This document shows, piece by piece, positions 10,189 through 22,040 of a stretch of DNA of 64,000 nt (position 1 is the first letter of the stretch; each line of letters opens with the position of its first letter). The notes under the pieces are model-generated. The model was not told the DNA's origin. It made no database searches and was given only the letters and a program-made list of their open reading frames with translations. The position numbers and the translations under genes were made by a program. Origin of the DNA: Octopus sinensis (taxonomy: Eukaryota); the NCBI RefSeq assembly GCF_006345805.1, contig NC_042997.1, positions 117,986,001 to 118,050,000 on the forward strand, in the 5' to 3' direction.

Positions 10189-11975
10189 GATTTTATTACT
10201 ACCCACAAGGGGCGAACATAGATGGGACAATACAATCGGGGAACTTAAAATAAGAAAGCGAATGACAAGAAGAGGAAAAAATAAAAGTAAAAAATGACAT
10301 ATGAAAGAATATTTACAATGAGATGTAAATGCCCACTCGATCCCCGGAATCGAGAGGTTACATTTTCGTCACATATATTTCACAAAATTTTCTTTTTTCT
10401 CTTTTTCTTTTTTCTTCTCACAATTCTATACATATTCTATCATAGTTTCCACTTCTCTGAAGTCTATCACTGAGCCCTCAAGCTGCCGCTCTCTCATTCG
10501 AACCTTCGTGTAAAATATTACACTCTCTCCGGCAGCTCTGAGGAACTCAGCGACTCTTTCTTCGGGGATTAGAGCAGTCTCCTGCCACCGATCGGTCATC
10601 CTGTTGACCCATATATGTCCCTCCGTTTTACATGTCTTTCATTCTTTCATTTCAGGGCAGAAATGGAAGGTTACTAACTTGTAGTAATAGTAATCTTGTT
10701 TCCGTCCTACGCTTTCCTTCATTTTCCTTTTTCGGGCTTATTTCTTCCTTGTGTTCTCCTCTCTTTGTTTCTCTCTTTCTCTCTTTTTGCCTTCTTTTCT
10801 TTCTCCTTCCTTCTCTTGTCTTTTGGTTCTTTGTCTGTTCTCTCTCTTTCTCTCGTGTTTTATGTTCCTTTTCTTTTCCTTTTGTGTGCCGTCTTTTCTT
10901 TTCGTTTGATTCTGATCTCTCTCTTGTTTTTTTTCCTATTGTTTCTTTTTCCTTTTTTTTTCCTGACTCTGTTTTGGTTCTATTTCTTTATTTTCTTTTT
11001 TTCTTTTTCCTTCATTGACTTATTATTTCCTTTCTCTTGTTGTTTTGTTTCCTTTTCTATGTTTTCTTTCTCATTTACAGTATTCTTCTTTTCTTCAAGT
11101 TCCTGCTCGCACTCCGCTACGAATTCGTATAACGGGCACTCTTTTTTAATGTGCCCCCTTGTCCCACACAAGTAACAGTTTGGTTTTCTCCCCTCTACAA
11201 TTACGCTGAGGGTTTTTTCCTCTTCAATTTCAATTTTGTATGGGAACCTTTCAATATCCTCTTTTGTGACCATCAACCACAATTCTACCCCATATCCTCT
11301 CCAGTTTACCGCGTTGGACTCCTTAATAGATTCCACCTCCACTTCCTCTTCTGCTGCTCCTAGAATAGCTGTTGCCAGCCATTCTGTTTTCACTTCTGGG
11401 GGTATATTCGGGATTTTAACCCGGACCCCTCTTCTTCCCTTGTATGAGGGCCACATTGTGAATTTTTCGGCTCTTAGTACGGTGGTAGCCAGTGAGGCTG
11501 CAATTTCTTCCGTTGCACATCTCACCTCCACCGTACCAAATTTCTTGCCTCTACTCACGTAGGTTATTTTCCCCATTATGTCTCCCAGACATTTTTCAAT
11601 TTCGACTATCTCCACTCTTGCCAGTTTCTTCGTATTTTTGTCTTGGGTTCTGTATGTCACTGTCTTGCTTTCTTTATCCTCTTTTGCTTTCGCGGGGGGG
11701 GGGATTAGCTTCACGCTATCACCCTCCCTTTTGAAGAGCTTTTCATATTCTTTGAGTTTATCCTTCTCAAAGAAAACCTCCTTTATGATTATCGACGAAT
11801 CGTTATTTTTCCCGGTGACCCCCTCGTAAGTCGCCATGACTAGAGGGTCAATTCACCTTCTTCGGAAGGTTTCCACACGTGGAGGCAAACGCCTCGCGCG
11901 ATATCAAATCAATTTACACAGAAACAATTTCAACGTCTAGTCACAGATAACAACACGCATAGATTTCAGACACGT
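10189..11975 (-). mobile_element. Gag-only non-autonomous retroelement (HAL1- or HeT-A-like architecture), about 1.8 kb
   Basis: Single gag-like ORF with no endonuclease or RT. It carries the same terminal 3' tail as LINE copy B and is bounded on both sides by the ATTTCAGACA(C/T)GT motif. Confidence 0.8.
10426..11837 (-). CDS. Gag-like ORF1 homologue with CCHC knuckle; probably extends past the track ORF to a stop at 10426
   Basis: ITYVSRGKKFGTVEVRC aligns with ITYINRGKRYGTVEVRF of the LINE ORF1, and the knuckle is CYLCGTRGHIKKEC. A protein-like frame resumes after the A-rich tract (DYYYYKLV...ETMIEYV*, with one TGA). Confidence 0.75.
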
Positions 11976-12199
11976 TGTTTTATTATTACCCACAAGGGGC
12001 GAACACAGAGGGGACAAAACAATCTGATTTGGGGTCAGACATACGAATGGTTTTTACACAAAATCGGATTTAAAATTTTCATGAACTACAATAAATGGAC
12101 AGAAATCGGATGATGGGACAGACCGGAAGACGTTACGGGTGGAGTGGGTGCGGGTTTAGCTCGGACCCCACGAGCCCCGCCTCCCCACTGATACTTTTG

Positions 12200-15100
12200 G
12201 TTAAGCTTGGTATTACATTTATGTTGTATTTTCACTCGCAACTTTCGTGCTACATCCTTCCATCGTTCCTCATACACTCTCTAGTCAGTCATCATTCTCT
12301 CCAGCCCTATCTTCCTTTTCAGGTGAAAGATGAAATACTTCATCAAACCAGGGCCGGAGATGAACTTGCCTGACTGTACACCTTTCATTCTCGTCTTCCA
12401 TATCACCTCTTTCGCAATTGCTACTACAACGAGAAAACGAAACTTACCTTCATTCACGAGGAAATCCGGTGGGTCAATTTTTGTAATCGACTCAGTCGAC
12501 AGCTGTACTCTTCGTGTACCTGACAACAGGTGTTCGGCATAAACCCACACCTCAGACACGTCCGGACAATGAACAATAGCGTGCGGGACGGTTTCCCTAT
12601 CCCGCCCGCATCTTGGACATATCGGACTGTCTTGGCCACCGTGCCTTGCGAGTTTATCCCGACAGGTAGAGCTCCTCTGTAGCATTGCCATGCCAGAGAC
12701 TTCTGGAAGTTGTCCAGTGTCCTCGGCTCGAACGTACGTCGGAACAGACTGGCCAGCTGATTATCGTCGAGACCTAGGGTTTCCCCCAAGGTATCTTCAC
12801 ATTCCGCCTCTACCAACCCTCTATAGAAGAATGTTGTGGAACCCCCACCGCAGGCGTTGCCCGAGCGACGGAATAGCAGGAGAGCCTTGCGACACTCCGT
12901 GTACCAAGTACCAAGTTTCGATCTACGATTCAGCCAGGTTTCCCATCCACCGAAACTGGTGAACTTGGGAAACATCAGTTTTGCCAGCGAAGACCACACC
13001 CGTTCACCATCCAGGTAGAGCCACAGATGTCTTAACCTCAGCGCATGTCTGCGCATCATCAGCCAAGGCATCCCTAGCCCACCCTTTAACGGTTGTTGAC
13101 AGCAAGTAGAGCGTTTCACAAGTGGTTTCCCGCCCTTCCACAAGAAGTAGAAGAGTTGTCTTTCCAACTTGATCAACCACGAATCAGGGCAAGGAACGAC
13201 GGAAAGGCGGTAGGTGATAACCGATGCGATAAACACATTGGCACCTCCTCCGCCCTCCCTTTCAAGGATAGCCACCGCCAAGACCAGGTCTTGGCTACTG
13301 CAGCCACCTTGCTCGTTACCTCGCCCCAATTCTTCTCTATTTGGAGGTCTGGACCGAACCAGACCCCTAGCAGTTTAATCGGACCCTCCGTCCAACGTAC
13401 CACGACGCTGTCAGGAGGCATCGACTTGCCTCTCCAGGTGCCGAGTTGCAAGCCGACTGACTTTTCGCGATTAACTTTTGCTCCTGTCACCGTCTCGTAA
13501 ACCTCTATGGCCTTGCCTACTTTACATAGGTGGTCCATTTCGGTTACGATGATGGTGATGTCATCCGCGTACGCTGACACTGATTTTCCATTACCTGGCT
13601 GTCTCGGGATGCCGCTCAGTTTTCGCAGTAATGGCTCAAGAGCCATCACGTACAAAAGCGGGGAGAGCGGACACCCTTGACGAACCGAGCGTTTGATTTT
13701 GAACGGCTTCGACAAGAAGCCGTTCACCCCAACTACCGAGTCGATGTTATCATAAATTTGGATAATCCACCTGAGGAAGCCAAGGCTCAGCCCGAACTGT
13801 GCCAGAGCAGACACCAGGTAACGATGGTCGACCCTATCAAAAGCTTTAGATTGGTCTAAATGGACCAGTGCCCCCCCCTTGCCAGAATCACTATTAAACC
13901 CCTCTATAGTGTACCGCATTAGATGGAGATTATCCTGAATGGATCTGCCCGGAACGGCACATGTCTGTGCCTCCCCGATCAGACCATCCGCGACACGCGC
14001 CAATCTTTTCGATAACACTTTGGCCAAAATCTTCAACTCTGTGTTTAGCAGAGTGATGGGCCTGAAATTATCAATGCACTCCCCCTTGCTCGGGTCCTTT
14101 CTGACGAGAGTCACTACTCCCCGGCGCACAGATCTGGGTATAAGCCCGTTCTGCTGCCAGTTCGCATAGACCTCCGCCAGTAGGTGCCCGAACAAGTCTG
14201 GCATACTCTTATATAACTCATAGGGTAGACCATCCAAACCCGGCGCCTTGCCCGCGCCGCAGTCCGCCATTGCCTCAACCACTCCTCAGGTGTGATTGGC
14301 CCTTCACAGCCCTCCGCATCTCGCCCCGATAAGCGCGGCAGACCGTCGAGTAGGTCCGTAAAGGCCCTCCTCCTATCCAGTCCGCCGCACTCACCGAAAA
14401 GCTGAGCGAAGTGCTCCTGAAAGGCCTCACACATCTCCTCGGGCTCGTTTATCAACTCACCTTGTTGGTTCGTCAAAGATCGAATCGTGGCATCGTTACC
14501 ATGCCGAGCTTCCACCACTCGGGCCCATCTCACGGCGTTGATTCCTTCACATCCCATATGACGGATTCTAGCCCTGACAATGCAGCCCATGTGTTTGGCC
14601 TCGAGGTGCTGGTTTAACACCAGTCTCTTGGACGCCACCTGAGCCGCAGAGCCAGTTTTCATGGCTTCCTCTAATTCCTTAACTAGAGTAGTTTCCCTTC
14701 TAGCCTCTCTAGCCACTACTCCTATGCTATATCTAATAGACTCAAACTTGATGGCTCGTTTGAGGGCGTACCACCATTTGTTATTAATGATGGTACCAGA
14801 TAGTGCCCTCTGAATTATATCCCTAATCCGGTCTTTGTACTCCTTAATCGCCAAAAGGGACGTATTAAGTTTCCAGTAACCGGATCCTCTATTTTTAACC
14901 TTATCTATGTCAAGCTTACAAGTGACCATTTTATGATCACTGTAGCTGATCGGGTAAAACTGTGGACACTTAGCTATTTTACTGTCTCTACTTTTCTAAT
15001 TAGTATTCTATCTAGATATGACCTGGAAGATCCGTCGCTGTTTGACCATGTCCACAATGGAGCGTTCGGAAATTCCAGCCTATAAGGATCTGCTAGCTCA

Positions 15101-15611
15101 AAGCGGCTTAGCAGTTCCATGAAGCCACTGTTGCCTTTTCTATCTGGACACGAGCCAACATAATCTACATCCGCTTTGCAAATTGTGTTGAAGTCTCCTA
15201 GCACCACTAATGAATGCGAAGTACCAAGAAAGTTTTCTAGTTCACGAAAATAATCACTTTGCCCTGTATGGTTGGGTGCGTAAATTGCAACCAGTCTGAT
15301 AACTTTACCGTTACTGAACGTCAAATCCATGACGACCAGCCTACCTTCTGGATCTGCAAAATTAACTTTTTCTCAGAAACCCGGTTTCTTTTTAATAGGA
15401 CCAACACCCCACTCCCGCCTGTAGGACTGCCAGGAGAGAAAAACTCTCGTAGCCGTCAAACAGCGGGAGTAGACCTCTTGGCCCCTCTAACCGGGTTTCT
15501 GTAGCAACAATAACATCTAAATTACGCGACCTGATATCATGCAGGAAGCGACCTTGCTTCCAGTCTGCTCCCAGGCCGCGCACATTAAACAACCAACATA
15601 AATGGATCCAT
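12200..15611 (-). CDS. ORF2: APE endonuclease plus reverse transcriptase (split by several frameshifts; 3' end approximate)
   Basis: RT motifs KAPGLDG, NFRPITLLNTELKILAK, LDQSKAFDRVDH, RQGCPLSPLLY and YADD, plus C-terminal CPRCGRDRETVPHAIVHC. Confidence 0.92.
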
Positions 15612-15619
15612 TACTTACC

Positions 15620-16990
15620 TTATATCAGTGGTTCGGTTTTCTCTTGTTTTTTTCTAAATCTTTATCTGGGCCTCGTGGGGGAGTCTGACGTAGGCCCTCG
15701 AATATATGTGGGGATGTCACATCCAATCTAAGTGGGCCTACGTCATGGAAGAATTCTGACTTTATCCGCCCGTAATCCTTCCGGTCTATTCTATAAATTA
15801 CAAAGTCATTTTTTTTCTCTACTTTCACCACTTTGGCCATGGCTGCCAACACGTTTCCGAGTCTGCTATTTGATGCCTTACTGCCATATATGAGTTTGAC
15901 TCTTTTTTCTTTTTTAAAATTACTCTGGGAGGGTGGTTTCCGTTTTTTTTTTTTTTTTTCCGATAATTTTTGCCCACCCCTCCTCATTTATCTTTTCCTC
16001 CTCTTTTTTTCTTTCTCCGCCGCTGGTCTCTGTCTGTCACCTCCACACCTTCAGTCTTCCCTTCTGGGCCGTCTGACGCTGCTTCTGGTGACACATTGTC
16101 TTCTTTTTCTTTTGGCTTAGGTGCTTCCTGCGGTTTGGGTTGGGGTTGGCATTCCGCCCTTACGTGCCCCTTCTTGCCGCAGCCGAAGCACCTCGGTTTC
16201 CTGCCCTCTACGAACACTGTTATTTTCTCGTCTTCACTAATCTCAACGTTTCTGGAATTTCTTCCAGTGTTTGCACCTCTGCTTGGAATGGCTATCACAA
16301 TTTTTTGCCCTTCCAAAACTCTTCTTCCTCCACTGTGGCCTGGAGGATGTTTTTTTTTTCCTCCAGACCTACCATCACTGCTGCCACCAGACATTCAGCA
16401 TCTGCCTCTGGCGGTATGTTTTCATTGAAATTTTCGACGTCCTTTTTCCTTTGTACAATGGTAGTAAGACAATGTTTTCCGCCTTGATTGGTTCCATTGA
16501 TAATTTCTTCGCTATATCCTCCGTAGCGAAACGCACCTCCACTGTGCCGAATCTTTTCCCTCTGTTAATATACGTTATCTTGTTCATAAAAGGTTTTAGA
16601 CAAGACTCTATCTTTTTTTCTTCGATTTTTTGGATCATTTTAGTCGCTGTGTCATAGGTTTTATATATTATTCTTTTGTTTTCTATCTCCTCATGTATTT
16701 TAAGTTTGTGGCCACAGTCACTTCTGTGCCTTCTTTTTTTACACAGTCTGCAAATTTTTTAAAATTGTCTATATTTATTTTTTTTGATCTTTTCCCAGCC
16801 ACTTCAGCGATTTTTTTGCTGGAGTTGATGCTGGTACTGGTTTTTCCATTTTCTTGGGCGACGCCGCCTCTTTTTTCTTCGGCGACAGCGCCTCTTTTTT
16901 TCTTGGCGACAACGCTCTTTTTTTACTTGGCGACAACGCCGGGTATTCATCCTCGCTCGTCACGGGCGAATAAGTGATGGGGGACTCCAT
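15620..16990 (-). CDS. ORF1 gag-like protein of copy B (frameshifted)
   Basis: Starts MESPITYSPVTSEDEYPAL and contains knuckle CFGCGKKGHVRAEC. Homologous to copy A ORF1. Confidence 0.85.
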
Positions 16991-17389
16991 CTTGAACAAA
17001 TGGCTTTAACAAGCCTTTGGTAAATCAAAATTAATTGTAGTTTTCCCCCACTGAGGGGGGAACACCAACGCGAAGTCCTCGCGCGAAGGCTGACTTCGTT
17101 AGTTATACAACAATGGACAAAAAACAGGTAGATCAACAGTATATAATAACAAAGACAACAGTACAAGAGCAAAATATATATCAACTTACTAATAACTCAA
17201 AGAATAAATTTCAGACACGTGTTCAAATCTTTTTTCTCTACATTCTATACTTTATAGACAATAGTGTTTTCTTTAATTTAATTTTTTATTATCCATCTGG
17301 ACTATTCCATTTCTGCACGCTAATTTTATTTTTGATTTTTTCCCATTCATGTGAAACCACTTATTCAAGTTCAAGTCATTGATGCAATT

Positions 17390-17918
17390 TTATACCAATT
17401 GCTATTTTTACTTTTGTTATGTTACGATTATAGTATACATTAGTTTGATTTAATTATTACTTATTACATATAATTCAATTGTTATTATTATTTTTATTGT
17501 TAAAGTGAAAGTATCTGACATAAAATAGAGAAACGTTTTTGTTTCACTTTTAACACGTAATACTGAAATAGTGGAGAAAATATGATATTGCTATGGGCTC
17601 GCTCTAGGCAAGAAGTTGAGCATTTTTTTGCCCATGAAACTATATGGACCCTAAGTAAGGCATGTGTAAAATTTGAATGAAATTGGTTGTGTAGTTCTCA
17701 AGTTTAGGGAATCGTAGTGGAGAAGATATGATATTGCTGTGGGCTCGCCCTAGGCAAAAAGTTAAAATTTTTTGCCGATGACACACCACCCCGGACCATA
17801 AGTAAGGCATGTGTAAAATTTGAATGAAATTGGTTGTGTAGTTCTCAAGTTTTAGGGAAACACACAGACAGATTGACAGACAGACAGACACACATTCTCA
17901 GTTTTATATGTATAAAGA
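17390..17918 (-). mobile_element. Non-autonomous Helitron-like fragment with an internal ~143-bp tandem duplication (left boundary approximate)
   Basis: The minus-strand start TCTTTATACATATAAAA...TGTGTGTCTGTCTG matches the 5' ends of the other Helitron-like copies. Blocks at about 17570-17710 and 17715-17855 are duplicated. Confidence 0.45.
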
Positions 17919-17959
17919 TTAGGGAGTATATCCAAACTTACAGGGAAAAATTAGATTTA

Positions 17960-18241
17960 TTTTGTATTTTATGTGTAGATGTATATATATAGATGTACAT
18001 GTAATATGTACACATATATATACACATATATACATGCACTAGCACTATGACCCGGCAACGACGGGTCTTTAATGCTAGTATTATAATAATAATAATGATA
18101 ATAATAATAATAATAATAATAATATATATATATATATAATATATATTTACATGTATATATATGGATGCATATATATTCATGTATATGTATACATGTATTT
18201 CTATACATATAGATGTATATGTATACATGTATATATATATA

Positions 18242-18285
<44 letters not shown>

Positions 18286-18380
18286 TATATAGATGTACAT
18301 GTAATATGTACACATATATATGCACATATATACATGCATACTTATATACACCCATACACACACACATACATGTGTGCAGG
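17960..18380. repeat. TA / TATG / (ATA)n microsatellite cluster
   Basis: Seen directly in the sequence. Confidence 0.9.
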
Positions 18381-18700
18381 TGTGGCTGTTTGACAACAAA
18401 CTTCGTTCCAAAACACATGGTCCTGGGTTCAGTCCCACTGTGTGGTGACTTGGCATGTGTCTTCTGCTATAGCCTCAGACCAACCAAAGCCTTGTCAGTG
18501 GATTTTATAGACAGAAACTGAAAGAAACCAATCGTATATATATATTTATGTATATATGTAAGTCTATGTGTGTGTCTTTGTGTTTCTCCCTCATCACTGC
18601 TTCACAAATGCTGTTCGTATATTTTGAGCCCCGTAACTTACTGGTTTCACAAGAAGAAACTGATAGAATAAGTACCAAGCTTATCAAAATAAAAAAAAAA
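18381..18700 (+). mobile_element. tRNA-derived SINE (family with internal microsatellite)
   Basis: B-box-like GGGTTCAGTCCC head. Its body is shared with the copies at 37925, 40510, 46600 and 63010. Confidence 0.75.
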
Positions 18701-18746
18701 CCATAGGCAGTATCCCATATTTTTGTTTGCCCACACAATTTATCTT

Positions 18747-18819
<73 letters not shown>

Positions 18820-18934
18820 ATATGGATTTCGTAGCCAGAAACTTAAAGAAATCAATCGTATATATATGTATGTATATATCTTAGTGTATGTGTATGATAA
18901 TAAAAAGTCTGAAAGTACATCTGCAATCAAATAA

Positions 18935-19430
18935 CTTTACTCAACACTTTGCAACTGAATCAGTGGAAGTAAAGATGCCTCCCGTTTACTCGACAATTTA
19001 TGCAGCACATTGCAGAAATCACAATCTAAGTGTATGTCAAAGCAAACTCTTACACTGTTGTACCATTGAATTACAAATAATGCTCATCTTCTATGCTCGG
19101 GTGACCCTACAGCTTCCAAGAGTACAACTGTATTCGTCTTTGCTTAGATGAAATTTTATAAATATTACTTCATTTGTATCTAATATCTATGGTTAAAATT
19201 TCATTAATAGCAAAATTATATGAATTGTCATGGGGGTTATGGCCCTTATGCATAGAATATAATTTCCAAATTTCCTAAAGATCCGTTCAGTACTTTTGAC
19301 TTAGTTTTGGATCATAAAAAATGACTAAAATTTGGGGGTTAAGGCCCCCATTAGGGTGTCTTAGAATCCTCATGTGAAGTGGAAACTTTGGGAATACTTC
19401 TTGATGTTCCGGGTTCGTAAGCTTGCTGGG
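18935..19430. repeat. Dispersed repeat fragment, homologous to part of the Helitron-like element at 52380-54007
   Basis: Near-identical to about 53150-53690 (AACTTTACTCAACACTTTGCAACTGAATCAGTGG...). Confidence 0.8.
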
Positions 19431-19582
19431 CTACCCAGTAAATCTTCATAGTCATTTCTCAAAAATACTGGAATTCATTTCACTAACCACGAGAGAATGA
19501 AAGCAAAGTAGACCACATCAGAGAAACATTAAAGAAAAGACAGCCGGGAAAATTTCTGTTATTTTTATAACTCTTAAAATTA

Positions 19583-19988
19583 TTAAAATTCCATATCATA
19601 AACCACAATTCCTGATGACTGATAACCTATTTGTTCATGGACACTAATAGAAAGAATATTTTCTGGTTGAATTTTGACACTTGGCGTTATTCCTGCTTCA
19701 ATATACTTAGCTGATAACATAGAGATCAGCGCTTTTGTGCAGCCGCGTCCGCGATAATTAGCATTGACATGCAGATACCCGATGGTTCCACAATCGGTCC
19801 CCAATCCATAAGCAACTACTTTCTCAATGGAATTACACAAACACACATTTGGGAACGTGTTTATAAGAACATTGATATATTCCTTAGTACTGTCCACTTG
19901 TTCGGTTGAAGATTGTTCCCAGGTGTCTGCGATATCGTCCAAATGTTCTGTGGTAAGGATTCCTACGTTCAGATTTGTTGGTGCTACA
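19583..19988 (-). CDS. Glycine N-acyltransferase-like / FR47-type GNAT, last coding exon
   Basis: TTTTGCAG acceptor with phase-2 entry. Open frame VAPTNLNVG...GTIGYLHVNANYRGRGCTK...DMEF* includes the GNAT acetyl-CoA-binding R-G-x-G motif. Confidence 0.85.
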
Positions 19989-20903
19989 CTGCAAAAGAAA
20001 AGACTTGAGCATTAACGACACTTCTATTATGATCTTCGTTACTTTATAATTATCATCAATGAATATCTCATTAGGATTTATAATTATCATGAATAAGTAC
20101 CACGTTAAAAATGACAGTAAAATAAGATATATTCGCATTAGGAGATAACTAACGCCTTCACAACTGGTTTACGCACATACTAACACCTTCACAATGTCTA
20201 AGGTGTGTTTATTTGAGAAATGATTTGACTTGATATTTTAAGTCGCATCTGAAACAATTAGGTCAATGAGGAGCCATGAACACATGCATAAACAAGTTTG
20301 TGTGGCTGTAGGTGCGATTGTGTGGTTATTAGTTTAGTTGTAAGGTCGCTGGCTTGGCTCTGGTTGAATGCAGGGTTTGCGTAGTCGCAAATCTCTCATG
20401 TACTGCTTCCAAGTTCCACATCGTAGTACAGTGTCTCACTTGACGGACTAAAGCACATGATGGTCTGGTGTTGACACTGCATCACCGGACGAGCTATGGC
20501 AACGGCCAGGGCGGAGGAGTCTTAATGGGACCAACAACTAGGTGTCCGTGACTGGATGCGACCCACACTATACTTCTTCGACATCGGCTAGCAGTCAAAA
20601 GAGACAGCTCCACTTACAGTGTCTTTCATAGATGGAAGTGCTTGGGCTTCAGGTTAGCACCCCGTCCTCGTTGAAATCTCATACTATGAAAATAGTTCGA
20701 AGTGGAAACTCTGACTACCTCATGTGTCTCCCGACCTTGGGGCACCTGAGTCTAAAGTCTTAATCACAGGTAGTTCCGTGTTGTATAAAAGCCAACTAAA
20801 GAAATAACACAGTTACATTGATTCTTTCTTTAGGCAATGGTTATATGCAAATATTTCTTCTCCCAAAGGAATCAAATGAAATCAAAATATAATTTTTAGT
20901 TAC

Positions 20904-21021
20904 CTGCTTTGAAGGGAATTTTCGTCTAAATGATACAAGTTGTACATCTCGCATTTTTTAACAAATTTGTCTTTAGATTTCATATATTCTTCTACAACAG
21001 TTTTTCTTTCAGAGAGAATGG
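20904..21021 (-). CDS. Glycine N-acyltransferase-like gene, internal exon
   Basis: AG/GT bounded, 118 bp, phase 1 in and phase 2 out. Reads ILSERKTVVEEY...CEMYNLYHLDENSLQS and is phase-compatible with both neighbouring exons. Confidence 0.75.
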
Positions 21022-21139
21022 CTGAATTGAGAGAGAGATAGAAGAAAAGGTGACACCGCATTAGTAATTCTACATTTCCCTCCTTTCACGATAAATATTT
21101 ATAGTATATGATATAATACTATACACATGCACGTATATA

Positions 21140-22040
21140 CGAGAGGGTGCTGAAAAGTTCCTGGATTTAAGAGTAACGCGAAAAGGTAGAGCTGTTACCT
21201 TTACAGGGGAAGAAGGACAACTGTTAAGGAGAAGATATGCAAAAAATCATGATGGTATACTATATTTTTATTTTTATTTTTGCAGATTTAACGTATGATT
21301 GCAGGTCCCACAGTGGATTTGGGTAAAACTGAAGCACATCGTGTTATGAAGTTCTTCTTTTTGTAAAGCAAAGTAGCTGCGGAAAACCATGGCGAGATAA
21401 AGGAAATTTTGAAAGCTGACTGCCCATCTTACTCCACAGTAAAACTCTGGGTGCCAATGTTTCGGACTGGTAATTTCGAGGCCACAGATGAATCCAGGTC
21501 AGGACAATCAACTTCCCCGACTACGGAGGACAAAGCCGACTCTGTGCACGTCATCATGCTCGAGGACCGCCGGATTTCAACTAAAGTCATAGCTGAAACT
21601 ATGGGGATTTTGTGCGAAAGAATTGGTCACATCATCCATAAAATTCTGGACATGAGAAAGCTTTCAACGCAATGGGTGCCGAAATACCTGAACGCAGATC
21701 AGACGCGTTTTAGAGTGACGACATCAAAGGCGATTCTGGATCGGTTACAACAGGCGAAGCTGATTTTATGGCAAGCTTAATCCCCCTGGATGAAAGCAGG
21801 TTTCACCATTGTGACCCTCAGACTAAGCAGCAATCAATGGAAGGACGAAACAGCGGTTCAATGCGTCTCAAGAAGTTTCGGACCTAGAAGTTAGCCAAAA
21901 AGGTTCTGGCTTCAGTGTTCTGGGAGAAAGACGGGATACTCCTCATAAAATACATACCAAATGGTCGCACCATCAATGCAGAATACCACATGTCTCTTTT
22001 AGACGAACTGTGTGATGCTTTGGAGCAGAAACACTGAACC
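21140..22040 (+). mobile_element. Degraded mariner (Tc1/mariner) element, right end not seen
   Basis: TA followed by the TIR-like CGAGAGGGTGCTGAAAAGTTCC. Transposase remnants include SRSGQS, MRKLSTQWVP, DESRFHH and ASVFW. Confidence 0.85.

Larger units (their letters stand above)
11976..17220 (-). mobile_element. Full-length Tx1/L1-clade non-LTR retrotransposon, copy B (about 5.2 kb)
   Basis: 5' UTR, ORF1, ORF2 (APE + RT + C-terminal CCHC-type motif) and a 3' UTR ending GTTCGCCCCTTGTGGGTAATAATAAAAAC. Confidence 0.92.

Noticed and set aside
8800-16657. Plus-strand ORFs overlapping the retroelements
   Set aside because: They are antisense shadows of Lys/Glu-rich ORF1 and of ORF2, with no independent motifs.
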